Shown here piece by piece: positions 37,644-47,664 of a stretch of 64,000 nucleotides of DNA. Origin of the DNA: Hyphomicrobiales bacterium (GTDB taxonomy: Bacteria > Pseudomonadota > Alphaproteobacteria > Rhizobiales > TMED25); contig JAYPPX010000001.1 of the NCBI GenBank assembly GCA_038131735.1, positions 1,186,592 to 1,250,591 of the forward strand, in the 5' to 3' direction. Every line of letters begins with the position of its first letter. Position 1 is the stretch's first letter. A program made the position numbers and the translations under genes. Under the pieces are notes generated by a model. The model worked only from the letters and a program-made list of their open reading frames with translations, was not told the origin of the DNA and did not search any database.

Positions 37644-38479
37644 AAAAATCTCTTTTTTACAGTCCAATTGATTATGCACGAAATAAGTACTTAAAGTACA
37701 TTACAATTATTTTTTTATTGACCCTTTATTTACCCATACTAAATTTGATTATTTTTAGTTTTAATGACTCAAAAAGAAATATTGTGTGGCGTGGTTTTAC
37801 CACTAAATACTACAATAAAGTATTTGAAAATGATGTACTTTTCAGCGCTTTTCTAAACTCCCTTACAATTGCAACTTTATCAACAATAATCTCAACAATA
37901 CTTGGTTTAACAACTGCTATTGTACTCTGGAAATTTAACTTTTATCTGAAAAAATATTATGATCTTGCACTCCTATTCCCAATAATCATACCTGAAATTT
38001 GTATGGGAATTTCAATGCTTGTATTTTTTAACTTTATTAATTGGCCTGCCTTTGAAATTTGGCCCCTGTCTCTGTCAAACATTATTATAGCTCACGTATC
38101 TTTTACATTCCCATTCATTGCAATAATTATCAGATCAAGGCTAGCAATTTTAAATACTGACACTCTTGAGGCAGGTCTGGATCTGGGGGCAAATAATATT
38201 CAAATAATCAGATTAATCATCGTACCCTTTATCAAGCCGGCAATAATTGCATCATTCTTATTAGCATTTACGCTCTCTTTAGACGATTTTGTTGTGACCT
38301 TTTTTACATCAGGACCTAATAGTGTAACATTACCCGTAAAAATATACTCGATGGTAAGATTTGGAATTACTCCAGAAATTAATGCTGTATCAACTCTCCT
38401 TATATTGATACTAATATTTTGTACATTTTTTGTGATAAGGTATTTATCTAAAAACAACAGGGAAATATTGGATGACTGA
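37640..38479 (+). CDS. ABC transporter permease (PotC/PotI-like)
   Basis: ORF track 37523..38479. I prefer ATG 37640 (MKKSLFYSP...), which forms an ATGA overlap with the preceding stop. EAA loop EAGLDLGANNIQIIRLIIVP. Confidence 0.8.
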   Translation: MKKSLFYSPIDYARNKYLKYITIIFLLTLYLPILNLIIFSFNDSKRNIVWRGFTTKYYNKVFENDVLFSAFLNSLTIATLSTIISTILGLTTAIVLWKFNFYLKKYYDLALLFPIIIPEICMGISMLVFFNFINWPAFEIWPLSLSNIIIAHVSFTFPFIAIIIRSRLAILNTDTLEAGLDLGANNIQIIRLIIVPFIKPAIIASFLLAFTLSLDDFVVTFFTSGPNSVTLPVKIYSMVRFGITPEINAVSTLLILILIFCTFFVIRYLSKNNREILDD

Positions 38480-39560
38480 CAAAAAGTTTTGTATAGAATT
38501 AAAAAATTTGACTAAAAGATTCGAAAATACTGTAGCGGTTGATGATGTCTCATTTAATGTTGAAGAAAATGAATTTTTTACAATTTTGGGTCCATCAGGA
38601 TGTGGAAAATCAACTGTCCTAAGGTTAATAGCAGGACTTGAGGTTCAAGATCAGGGTGAAATAATTATCAACGGAATTGATTGCAGTAAAATGCCTGCCA
38701 ATGAAAGGCCTGTAAATATGGTGTTTCAATCATACGCATTATTCCCCCATCTCAATATCAAAGATAATATCGAATTTGGTTTAAAAATTAAAAAGATCGA
38801 TGAGAAAGAAATCAAAAAAAGAGTCGATGAGATTCTAGATTTGATAAAGATGAGAAGTTACATTAATAAATATCCATCAGAATTATCAGGCGGACAAAGA
38901 CAAAGAGTGGCATTAGCCAGAGCTATCGTGAATAATCCAAAAATTGTTCTTCTAGATGAACCTCTATCGGCATTGGATGCAAATTTACGCATAGAAATGC
39001 AACGAGAGCTTGTCAATATCCAACGTAATCTCGAAATGACTTTTATGCTTGTAACACATGACCAGGATGAGGCTCTATCTATCTCATCAAAAATAGCAAT
39101 TATGGAGAGCGGTAAAGTTATTGAAACAAATACAGCAACTAATATGTATGAATATCCCTCAAAGAAATATAGCGCAGAATTTCTTGGAAGAATTAATATC
39201 ATAGATGGATATGTCACTAACATTGGTGATCAGAAAATATTCAAGAGTGAAATTTTTGGAGAAATTAATTTAGAGAATGATCTACATATTCCACAAGATG
39301 CTGTACTTGGCATTAGACCTGAGAAAATTATTATTGATAGGTCCTCTAAGAATCTTGATAACCGCATTAAAACAAAAGGCACAGTTATCGATTGGACATA
39401 TTATGGAGATATGAGCTACATTACAATTGAACTTGATAATAAAAAAAAGATTTATATACATGTCCAAAATATTCACAGAAATACCCTCCAAGAGTTAAAA
39501 ATAGGGAAAACATTACGTGCATCATTTGATATAAATGATCTAATTATTCTTGAAAAGTAA
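38472..39560 (+). CDS. ABC transporter ATP-binding protein (PotA/PotG-like)
   Basis: 362 aa. Walker A GPSGCGKST, signature LSGGQRQRVALARA, Walker B VLLDEPLSALD, C-terminal TOBE-like domain. Confidence 0.9.
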   Translation: MTDKKFCIELKNLTKRFENTVAVDDVSFNVEENEFFTILGPSGCGKSTVLRLIAGLEVQDQGEIIINGIDCSKMPANERPVNMVFQSYALFPHLNIKDNIEFGLKIKKIDEKEIKKRVDEILDLIKMRSYINKYPSELSGGQRQRVALARAIVNNPKIVLLDEPLSALDANLRIEMQRELVNIQRNLEMTFMLVTHDQDEALSISSKIAIMESGKVIETNTATNMYEYPSKKYSAEFLGRINIIDGYVTNIGDQKIFKSEIFGEINLENDLHIPQDAVLGIRPEKIIIDRSSKNLDNRIKTKGTVIDWTYYGDMSYITIELDNKKKIYIHVQNIHRNTLQELKIGKTLRASFDINDLIILEK

Positions 39561-39619
39561 TCCTTTTCTATAAATAATTTTTTGATATAGTAATTAAAAA
39601 AACAACATAGGAAATTAAA

Positions 39620-40594
39620 ATGTCAATATTCGAGTCCACAAAAGTTATAGCAATTGAAGAACATTACATAGATCCAAACATCACAAAACTACAAGAAGAA
39701 AATACTAAGAATACAAGGATTAGAAACCCTAAAATGGTTGCTCGAATGGAAGACTTTGGTGGGGAAAGAATTGAGGAGATGGACGCAGCAGGTATTGATG
39801 TACAAATCTTATCAATAGCGCCTCCTGGGGTGCATAACCTTCCAAAAGATGTAGCAGTGGATGCTGCTAAATTAGCAAATGATTATCTGGCAAAGAAAAT
39901 GTCAGAAAATCCAGAGAGATTTAGAGGGTTTGCAGCACTACCAATGCAAGATCCGGATGCTGCCGCAAGAGAATTAGAGAGATCTGTTAAAGAGTTAAAC
40001 TTTGTTGGTGGGATGATACATGGACTCACAAATTCACAATTTGATGATGGAAAAGCATCATGGGCAGTATATGAAACTGCGGCAAAACTTGATGTCCCTA
40101 TTTATCTTCACCCTGGTATGCCACATCAAGAAGTCAGAAAGATTTACTATCAAGATTATACCGAAGAATTTGCATTATTCCCACAAGCTGCATGGGGTTA
40201 CACTGTTGAAACTGCCACAATGGCAATAAGACTAGTTCTTTCTAGAATATTTGAAAAATTACCAAATTTAAAAATTATCCTCGGGCATTTAGGTGAAACT
40301 CTCCCGTTCTTGCTATGGAGAGTTAATCATAATTTAAAGAGACCAGGAAATGCTCCTATTGAATTTAGAGAAGTTTTTTGTAATAATTTTTATGTTACTA
40401 CAAGTGGAAATTTCTCAGATCCTGCATTACTTTGTTGTATGCAAGAACTTGGTGTAGACAGAATACTATTTGCAATTGATTGGCCTTTCATTGATAACAA
40501 GTTAGGTGCCGATTGGTTTGAAAACCTATCTATATCAAAGGAAGACAAAATTAAAATATTGAATGGAAACTCAACAAGGTTATTTAAACTATAA
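39620..40594 (+). CDS. Amidohydrolase-2 family protein (ACMSD-like decarboxylase/hydrolase)
   Basis: 324 aa. N-terminal VIAIEEHY, later YLHPG and ILGHLGE and a DWPF segment, matching the metal-ligand pattern of the amidohydrolase_2 family. Confidence 0.7.
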   Translation: MSIFESTKVIAIEEHYIDPNITKLQEENTKNTRIRNPKMVARMEDFGGERIEEMDAAGIDVQILSIAPPGVHNLPKDVAVDAAKLANDYLAKKMSENPERFRGFAALPMQDPDAAARELERSVKELNFVGGMIHGLTNSQFDDGKASWAVYETAAKLDVPIYLHPGMPHQEVRKIYYQDYTEEFALFPQAAWGYTVETATMAIRLVLSRIFEKLPNLKIILGHLGETLPFLLWRVNHNLKRPGNAPIEFREVFCNNFYVTTSGNFSDPALLCCMQELGVDRILFAIDWPFIDNKLGADWFENLSISKEDKIKILNGNSTRLFKL

Positions 40595-40629
40595 TAATAG
40601 TCTAAATAACCATTGCTAGATCATAGAAA

Positions 40630-41238
40630 TTAGAGTTCTGGGACATCAAGTCCAATTCCGACAACTTCATCCTCAATTGGAACCCTGAAAGCGTCGTTAA
40701 ATAGATTCAATGAAACCATTACTGTTGCGGTAAGAGCAATCTCTACCATTTGCTTTGGTGTGTAATGTTTTTTGAAATTATTTGCTACATCATCAGGTAT
40801 ATTGGATGCGTCAATCATCATATGATCAACAAACTTTAGCGCTGCCTTTTCTGCTTCAGAAAAAGCATCATGGTTATCTGAATTTTGTACATTTTTAATT
40901 TTAATTTCATCAACACCGAGCCTTCTTAAGTGTTCAATTTGATGTGTTGAACAATAAAAACATGTATTTCTTGTTGCCACTTTGTAACGGATCAATGCTT
41001 TAAATGGCTTTGATAATTCGCCAAGTTCCCATGTTGACTGCCAATAATTACGAGATGCCATACCAAAATCATCAGAATGAGCCATCGCTCTTGCGCTGTT
41101 ATTAATTCTTTGGCTCCCTTTGGCTTCTTTTAATTCTTTGATTAAAGTCATAAACTCTCCACTAAACTCCTCGTCTTTCAATAGTGGTACGACTGTATTT
41201 CCATTTAAATTTTTATCAAGTTGACTTTTCATTATCAC
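40630..41238 (-). CDS. Carboxymuconolactone decarboxylase (AhpD-like) family protein
   Basis: 202 aa. CFYCSTH CxxC motif. Paralogous in architecture to 11755..12405. Confidence 0.65.
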   Translation of the reverse strand: MIMKSQLDKNLNGNTVVPLLKDEEFSGEFMTLIKELKEAKGSQRINNSARAMAHSDDFGMASRNYWQSTWELGELSKPFKALIRYKVATRNTCFYCSTHQIEHLRRLGVDEIKIKNVQNSDNHDAFSEAEKAALKFVDHMMIDASNIPDDVANNFKKHYTPKQMVEIALTATVMVSLNLFNDAFRVPIEDEVVGIGLDVPEL

Positions 41239-41250
41239 TCCAATTATTAA

Positions 41251-42888
41251 TTAAACTGCACTTGGCATCCTCAAATATTCGGAGCCATCTAAATTGATGA
41301 TTATAGAGACAGGTTTATTCAATTGCAATGCACTAGTTATTGAATCTTTCAATTGTTTAATATTGTTTACTTCAAATGCTTCAATGCCAAAGCTCTGAAC
41401 AATGTTTTTATAATCTACCTGATCAAAGCTTGTTGACTCAGTATTATAACCACTCTTTACTTGTTTTGACTTAACTTGGGTTAGACCGTTGTCCACCATT
41501 ATAATCTGTATCATTGAGAGATCGAGCCGTTTCCATGTCGCTAACTCACCTGCATACATAAGAAATCCACCATCCCCAACAAAAGAAATAACAGGGCTTT
41601 CTGGAGACGCAAACTTCGCGCCCATCGCTGCACCAAGAGAAAAGCCCATAGGAGAAAGTCCATTAGATACAAAATAAGTCAATGGAAGATTTGTTAACCA
41701 AGCCTGGGAAGCAAGCGACTTATGTGCTCCAGCATCAGCTGTAATAATTGTGTTTTTAGGCACAATTTTTCTTATTTCTTTATATACTGCTTGAGGAGCT
41801 ATACCGTTCGCTTCATTATACTCCTTACTTATGCCTAATTCGTAATTTTGTATCTTCTCAAAACATTCTTTGGCTTCTATTAACCAGTTATGATCTGTTG
41901 TGCTACCCTCAATCTTATTTGTTAAAACCTCAAGTGCATATGAAATATCAGCCTCAACTCCAATTGTAACTGGCTGAAAAGTTCTGTCATTAGCATCAAA
42001 TGAGTCGACACTTATAATTGGTACTTCTGATTTAAATGGTCGAATTATATCCCAGCCATCAAGACCAACTGTAATGATGAGATCTGATTTCTTTAACATA
42101 TTATCTATGGGCGTGCCAAACCATCCATACATACCTATGTACAATTCATCGTCACAAGGAACGACGCCAACAGCCTGAAGTGTTACACAAATTGGAGACT
42201 TTATTTTATTTATAAAAGTCAGTAACTCACTAGACGCCCTAGAGCCAACCACCCCCACTCCAGCAACGACCATAGGCCTCTTTGAATTATTTATAAGTTC
42301 TATTGCATTATCTAATTCATTGCTTGGGATATTTTTATTGGCGTCATTCTCTGTAATTAAAATGTCTATTTCTTTCTTTGCAGTATTTATTTCTTTGACA
42401 GATTGCACTGGCGAAATTGGCAGATATACTGCACCTGGTCTTGGTCCAATTGCTTGATTATAAGCTCTGTCAATTAGTTCTATGACATTCTCAGAAGTTA
42501 CTTCTTCAGATAACTTTGCTATTAATCCACCAAATTCAACTAGAGAAACTTCTTGGTGTGGATTTCGAGCTAGTAATTCTGGATCCAATATAGCTGAGAA
42601 TACGATGATTGGGCGCCTATCTAGAAAAGCTGAGGCTATACCGGATGCAAGATTCGTTACTCCTGGACCCTTTGTTACAATTACAACACCGGGAATACCA
42701 GTCAATTCCCCATATGTTGACGCCATGTATGCTGCTGTATTTTCATGATGGGTTAAAACATAACTTATACCTTCGTTTGAGAAAGCATTAATTAAATTAA
42801 TAGTATCGCTTCCTGGGGTTCCAAAAACTTGTTTTACACCCCTTTTTTTCAAATATTTTGCTATGTACTGACATGTCTGCATTTTCAC
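41251..42888 (-). CDS. ThDP-dependent enzyme, acetolactate synthase large-subunit-like (function unknown)
   Basis: 545 aa. N-terminus GVKQVFGTPGSDTINLINAF, ThDP motif VGDGGFLMYAGELATWKRLDLSMIQIIMVDNG. ATGA-type 4-nt overlap with the DUF35 gene. Confidence 0.8.
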   Translation of the reverse strand: MKMQTCQYIAKYLKKRGVKQVFGTPGSDTINLINAFSNEGISYVLTHHENTAAYMASTYGELTGIPGVVIVTKGPGVTNLASGIASAFLDRRPIIVFSAILDPELLARNPHQEVSLVEFGGLIAKLSEEVTSENVIELIDRAYNQAIGPRPGAVYLPISPVQSVKEINTAKKEIDILITENDANKNIPSNELDNAIELINNSKRPMVVAGVGVVGSRASSELLTFINKIKSPICVTLQAVGVVPCDDELYIGMYGWFGTPIDNMLKKSDLIITVGLDGWDIIRPFKSEVPIISVDSFDANDRTFQPVTIGVEADISYALEVLTNKIEGSTTDHNWLIEAKECFEKIQNYELGISKEYNEANGIAPQAVYKEIRKIVPKNTIITADAGAHKSLASQAWLTNLPLTYFVSNGLSPMGFSLGAAMGAKFASPESPVISFVGDGGFLMYAGELATWKRLDLSMIQIIMVDNGLTQVKSKQVKSGYNTESTSFDQVDYKNIVQSFGIEAFEVNNIKQLKDSITSALQLNKPVSIIINLDGSEYLRMPSAV

Positions 42889-43190
42889 CTACTTTTTTTT
42901 CCTATTGGGACCCCATTATCTGAGGATAATGTGACAAGATCACCAACTTTTATATTATCTTCTATCCCAACAGTTATACAAATACCTAAATTTGTTTCAA
43001 CATTTGCAATATTTCTTGGTTTCCAATCTTTTTGTCCAAGCATATGGTTAATTAATGATATTTCCTTAACTGTTCCTGATTGAGCTTCTACAAGATCATA
43101 ATCGATACCACCACAATTTGAACAAAAATATTTCTTTGGAAAAGTATATTTTGAGCATGTATTACACTTATAAATTTCCATTTTTGCCAT
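42885..43190 (-). CDS. DUF35 Zn-ribbon/OB-fold protein
   Basis: 101 aa. CNTCSKYTFPKKYFCSNCGG rubredoxin-like four-Cys ribbon followed by an OB-fold-sized segment. Adjacent (1 nt) to the thiolase-like gene. Confidence 0.75.
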   Translation of the reverse strand: MAKMEIYKCNTCSKYTFPKKYFCSNCGGIDYDLVEAQSGTVKEISLINHMLGQKDWKPRNIANVETNLGICITVGIEDNIKVGDLVTLSSDNGVPIGKKSR

Positions 43191-43191
43191 A

Positions 43192-44334
43192 TTAAAAACC
43201 CTCTAAGATTGCGGCAGAAACTGTACCACCATGTCTATATAGAGTCATCCCATAACCAGTTACTATCCCATATTTTGCAGTATTAATTTGGCGATCATTG
43301 GCTCTATTTTGAAGTTGCAGTGCTACTTCCCCAATTCCATTTAATCCACCTGCCATACCACCAGGCTGTCCCGCAGATAGCATACCACCCCATGTATTTA
43401 GAGGAGTGTCTAGGTTGGACATATTTTGTAAATAACCTTTGATATTAGAATTCTTAACCAAACCCAAATCATTCAGCTGTGCCAAAACTATTGCGGGATA
43501 GTCATCATATATACTGTATACATCAATATCCTTGGGTGCTAAGTTTGCAGAGTCATATAAATTATCTTTAAAGGTAATGATTCCTGTCTCTGTTCCATCA
43601 CCTTCTTGATTATCATAATTGAAACTTTGCTGAAATGCTCTGACGCGAACTTGCTTTTTCAAGTTCTTATTTTCATTTCGGGATAATATCAAGGCATAGG
43701 ATCCTGCAATAACCGGAACGCAATCAAACCTGCATAAAGGTCCAGCAACTATTGGAGCATTTATATATTCTTCCCTGGATAGAGGGCTTTTGTAGACTGC
43801 ATGGGGATTCATTGATGCCCAATTTCTCTGTGAAATAAGTAAATTGGCATAATCTTCTTTTTTTAAATTGAATTTTTTCATTTGTCTTGTAGTTACTAAC
43901 GAATAAACACCATTAGGTCCACCATGACCTAATGGGGATAAATGATCTCTAGTAGCACTATTATAGGCATTTGCTATCTTTGCGTAGCCTGCAAGACCCG
44001 TTGCATCCCCTGCTAATATTAAAATATTTTTTGCAGCCCCAGTTTGAATTGCCCTCATTGCGTGACCAAGCATATTCATGGCAGAAGATCCACCATTAGT
44101 GTCTTGTAGTAGCCAATTGAGACTTAAGCCAAATCTCCAGGCAATATCTATTGCTGAGTCTGGCGTAATAGAGAAAGATGCTATTGCAAGCCCATCAATA
44201 TCTTTTAATAATAGATTTGCATCATTAAGCGCGTTGTTAGTTGCATCCCTCATCAAGTTTTGAATAGTTTGACTTTCAGATGGGTGTCTGGTGTATTCTG
44301 ATTGTCCTACACCGATTATCTTGGGATCAAACAT
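43192..44334 (-). CDS. Thiolase-fold protein (SCP-x/nonspecific lipid-transfer type) lacking the canonical catalytic Cys and His
   Basis: 380 aa. The NGGSSAMNMLGHAMRAIQTGAAKNILILAGD region aligns by eye to the xxCxSGxxAL nucleophile loop but contains no Cys. NTWGGMLSAGQPGGMAG aligns to NxxGGxxxxGHPxGAxG with Gln in place of His. Confidence 0.7.
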   Translation of the reverse strand: MFDPKIIGVGQSEYTRHPSESQTIQNLMRDATNNALNDANLLLKDIDGLAIASFSITPDSAIDIAWRFGLSLNWLLQDTNGGSSAMNMLGHAMRAIQTGAAKNILILAGDATGLAGYAKIANAYNSATRDHLSPLGHGGPNGVYSLVTTRQMKKFNLKKEDYANLLISQRNWASMNPHAVYKSPLSREEYINAPIVAGPLCRFDCVPVIAGSYALILSRNENKNLKKQVRVRAFQQSFNYDNQEGDGTETGIITFKDNLYDSANLAPKDIDVYSIYDDYPAIVLAQLNDLGLVKNSNIKGYLQNMSNLDTPLNTWGGMLSAGQPGGMAGGLNGIGEVALQLQNRANDRQINTAKYGIVTGYGMTLYRHGGTVSAAILEGF

Positions 44335-44340
44335 ACAAAT

Positions 44341-45174
44341 CTAATTGACTAAATAGATTGGTATTTCGGAATGAAGCATTAAATGCCTTGTAGCACCACC
44401 AAAAATAATCTCTCTTAATCTACTCTGGGTGTAAGCTCCCTTTACAATAAGGTCTGCATTAACAGATTGGCTATAATCAAGAATTATCTCACCTATTTTC
44501 TTCTCATCACCCGATAAAGTTATAGCTTTTGATTTGATGCCATGCGATGATAATAATTCCACTACTTGTTCGCCAGTTGGACCGTCAGATATTACTTTTT
44601 CAACAGTAAGAATTGTTACGTTATCTGCTTTTTTTAGTATTGGTAACGATGCAAAGACCGCTCTTGAACTTTCCGTTGTACAATTCCATGAGACAACAAC
44701 TTCTTTCCCTATATCAATTTGTTTATTCATTGGGATAAGCATTACAGGTCTTCCACCATCGAAAAGGATTGTTTGAATGGAGCTCAAGCTAGCACTCTGT
44801 AATTCCTGATAAGGTCTAGATATGATTACAACATTATAAACCCTAGATAAATCACCTAGATATTTTTGATTTTGTAACTCATCAGATAGCCACTTATACT
44901 TAAGATCTTTTAATTCAGGATCAGAATTTACCAACTCACCTATATGATGAGTAAATTTTTGCTTAAATTTTTCAGCTTCACCTATATTCTCATCATGATG
45001 CAACGAGTCAAATATAATTGACCCCTCTTGAGCAATAAAACTATCTATTCGTTGATGTATAGCGACACCATTTACACTAGAATTATATTTCTTCGCAAGC
45101 GAGACAGCGCAATCGATTAAGTGCGGTATTGTCTCGATATATTCAAATGGTAGTAATATATTTCTCATGATCAA
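44341..45174 (-). CDS. Tandem universal stress protein (UspA-family) domains
   Basis: 277 aa. Two roughly 135-aa halves, the second ending in ADLIVKGAYTQSRLREIIFGGATRHLMLHSEIPIYLVN, the typical Usp ATP-binding C-terminus. Confidence 0.75.
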   Translation of the reverse strand: MIMRNILLPFEYIETIPHLIDCAVSLAKKYNSSVNGVAIHQRIDSFIAQEGSIIFDSLHHDENIGEAEKFKQKFTHHIGELVNSDPELKDLKYKWLSDELQNQKYLGDLSRVYNVVIISRPYQELQSASLSSIQTILFDGGRPVMLIPMNKQIDIGKEVVVSWNCTTESSRAVFASLPILKKADNVTILTVEKVISDGPTGEQVVELLSSHGIKSKAITLSGDEKKIGEIILDYSQSVNADLIVKGAYTQSRLREIIFGGATRHLMLHSEIPIYLVN

Positions 45175-45196
45175 ACCTCATCGTCTATAGACTATT

Positions 45197-46324
45197 TCAG
45201 AGACCTTTCATTAGTTCTTCTGGGTCAATTGGCAATTGTAATTCTTTACCAGTCTTGGACGATAAATCCATAGCCATGGTTAATATAAGATTTCGGTGAC
45301 CCTCTTCAGCTGTCGCGTGAGGTGTATCCTTGCCAAGATATATTCTTGTGAACCACGAATTTGTCTCTTCCCTTAATGGCCCCCATAAATCTCCGTTATA
45401 GATGTCACCCGGAGGAAAACTAGTTAAAAAATCTACATTTCTTGTTGCTTCTAGTTGAAGACCTTCAGGTCTGTATGCTGGACCTTGATTATACTCTGTT
45501 GCTAATATTACATCTCTATGAGTATCTTCAATATCAATAACACCTTTCGTGCCTACAACACCAATTTCAAGACCATAAACTGCCCCCGGCCAAACTTTTG
45601 GTAATGCCCAACATATATTCATACTAAAGATAGTACCATCTTCCATAGTGAAAACACCAAAAGTTGCGTCTTTTGTTCCAAGTTCAGCCATTATTTTTTC
45701 AGTAGATCTTGCAAAAATCGATACGGGTTTTGCTTGCTGCCCTAACAACCATAATGCCATGTCCAAGCTATGAGTCCCAGAGACAACCATAGGCGTTAAA
45801 TGTCTTCTGTCTTGAGTAAGCCTTACTTCACCTGTTGGCGCCATTTTATTCATGAAAGCTCTTACAACTACAGCGGTTGCTTCGCCTATTTGTCCGTTAT
45901 TTATCCTCTCTTTAACGGCTAAAAATCTTCTTCTAAATCTTTGTGTATAACCAACTACTGCGTCAACACCTGATTCTTTTATTGCATTTAAAACCTTCAA
46001 TGATTGAACAGCATCAGTTGCGAGTGGCTTTTCAATCAACATCGGGATTTTACGCTCAACACCAGCGAGTATTGGGTCAACATGGCTCCATGTAGAAGTA
46101 GCAACGATAAGAGCATCTACTTCGGGTCTTTCAATTAACTCTCTAAAGTCAGTTGTAAAAAAATCTGCCTTGATATCATTTTTTAATTTTTTACCAAGAT
46201 CTTCATTTATGTCTGCTAATCCAATCCACCCAATACCTGGATATTCTTTTGCTAGCGTGGACCTCATTCTTCCAACAACACCACAGCCAACAACAGCAAG
46301 CCCTAATTTTTTATCATGTGCCAT
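45197..46324 (-). CDS. Gfo/Idh/MocA-family oxidoreductase
   Basis: 375 aa. LGLAVVGCGVVGRMR Rossmann N-terminus, EKPLA motif (LIEKPLATD). Confidence 0.85.
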   Translation of the reverse strand: MAHDKKLGLAVVGCGVVGRMRSTLAKEYPGIGWIGLADINEDLGKKLKNDIKADFFTTDFRELIERPEVDALIVATSTWSHVDPILAGVERKIPMLIEKPLATDAVQSLKVLNAIKESGVDAVVGYTQRFRRRFLAVKERINNGQIGEATAVVVRAFMNKMAPTGEVRLTQDRRHLTPMVVSGTHSLDMALWLLGQQAKPVSIFARSTEKIMAELGTKDATFGVFTMEDGTIFSMNICWALPKVWPGAVYGLEIGVVGTKGVIDIEDTHRDVILATEYNQGPAYRPEGLQLEATRNVDFLTSFPPGDIYNGDLWGPLREETNSWFTRIYLGKDTPHATAEEGHRNLILTMAMDLSSKTGKELQLPIDPEELMKGL

Positions 46325-46401
46325 TACATACCCCTTTACTAAAATTTTATTCTACTAAAAAATATTGATATTTCAATTGAATAAAAAACTTGCAACTAAT
46401 T

Positions 46402-47103
46402 TTATTTTTTCGATTTATCTTGGTGAATTTGATATAAATCTGGTCTATTTTGTTTTGTTGTTTCTATAGACTGAGCCAACCGCCATTCAGAAATCTTTTT
46501 ATGATTTCCTGATAATAAAATATCTGGTATTTGATATCCATCATATTCTCTTGGAAGAGTGAATTGAGGGTGCTCCAATAGCCCATCTTCAAAACTTTCT
46601 GAGAGTTTGGACTCTTTTTTATTCATTACACCATCGATTAGTCTTACGCATGAATCAATAATATTTATTGCTGCAATATCTCCATTGCTAAGAACAAAAT
46701 CACCAATTGAAATTTCTATACCATTAGTTGCCTGCACAATCCTCTGATCAATCCCCTCAAATCTACCACATAATATTATAATACCTTCACCAGCCACAAA
46801 TTCCTTAGCCATATTTTGTTGATATTTTTTACCTCTAGCTGCAGGAATAATTAATGGCCTTGTGTCACCCGATTGTCTCAGTTGCTGAATGATAGGAATT
46901 ATTATATCTGCTCTCAAAACCATACCCGGACCACCACCCGCTGGAGGTCCATCTATTTTTATTTTTTTCTTATCTTTCTGTTTCTCAATTTTTATGAAAT
47001 CGATTGACCACAATCCATCATCAAGAGCCTTCCCTGTAATGCTATAACCAAGCGGTCCAGGAAATATTTCAGGGGTTGATGTTATAACTGTAACTTTCCA
47101 CAT
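46402..47103 (-). CDS. trmD: tRNA (guanine37-N1)-methyltransferase
   Basis: 233 aa. ITSTPEIFPGPL, CGRFEGIDQR and SIGDFVLSNGDIAA motifs. Conserved position after rimM. Confidence 0.95.
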   Translation of the reverse strand: MWKVTVITSTPEIFPGPLGYSITGKALDDGLWSIDFIKIEKQKDKKKIKIDGPPAGGGPGMVLRADIIIPIIQQLRQSGDTRPLIIPAARGKKYQQNMAKEFVAGEGIIILCGRFEGIDQRIVQATNGIEISIGDFVLSNGDIAAINIIDSCVRLIDGVMNKKESKLSESFEDGLLEHPQFTLPREYDGYQIPDILLSGNHKKISEWRLAQSIETTKQNRPDLYQIHQDKSKK

Positions 47104-47118
47104 TTTGGATTTTCTTAA

Positions 47119-47649
47119 TTAACTAACTAATAATTTATTTGAAATTATAACTTTTTTCTCATTTAAAGACACTTCCGGGAAGTTTTCTTGTGTGAATGGA
47201 ACCATTTTAAGTTCATTGTCTTGCTTCTTTATTTCAATAATATCACCTGCTCCAAAATTATACACCATGTTAATAATCCCTATATCTAGATTATCATTAT
47301 CCTTTACTGATAGACCAATTAAATCATTTATGAAATACTCATCATCTTCAAGTACACCAAAATCTGACCTTCTTGTATAAATATAATCGTCTTTTAGGAT
47401 GCTAGGATCTATATCAGTTATTGAAGTGAATTCAGCGAGAAAATGAGCCCTTTTATTACCCTTTAATTGGTCAGTTAACCTAATACTAAATTTTCCACTC
47501 AAATATAAATTCTTGTAAGTTTTAATATTAGTTGGGTCTTCAGTATAAGATTTGATCTGTACTGTTGATTTATCCAAAAACTTTATAAGTTTTCCTACAC
47601 AAATCAGCTTATTATATTTATTTTCTTTAGGCTTATTCGCTTGAGGCAT
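47119..47649 (-). CDS. rimM: 16S rRNA processing protein RimM
   Basis: 176 aa. Position between rpsP and trmD. LIGLSVKD...G.I..V.NFGAGDIIEI PRC-barrel segment. Confidence 0.85.
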   Translation of the reverse strand: MPQANKPKENKYNKLICVGKLIKFLDKSTVQIKSYTEDPTNIKTYKNLYLSGKFSIRLTDQLKGNKRAHFLAEFTSITDIDPSILKDDYIYTRRSDFGVLEDDEYFINDLIGLSVKDNDNLDIGIINMVYNFGAGDIIEIKKQDNELKMVPFTQENFPEVSLNEKKVIISNKLLVS

Positions 47650-47664
47650 CTTGAGAGAAAAAAC

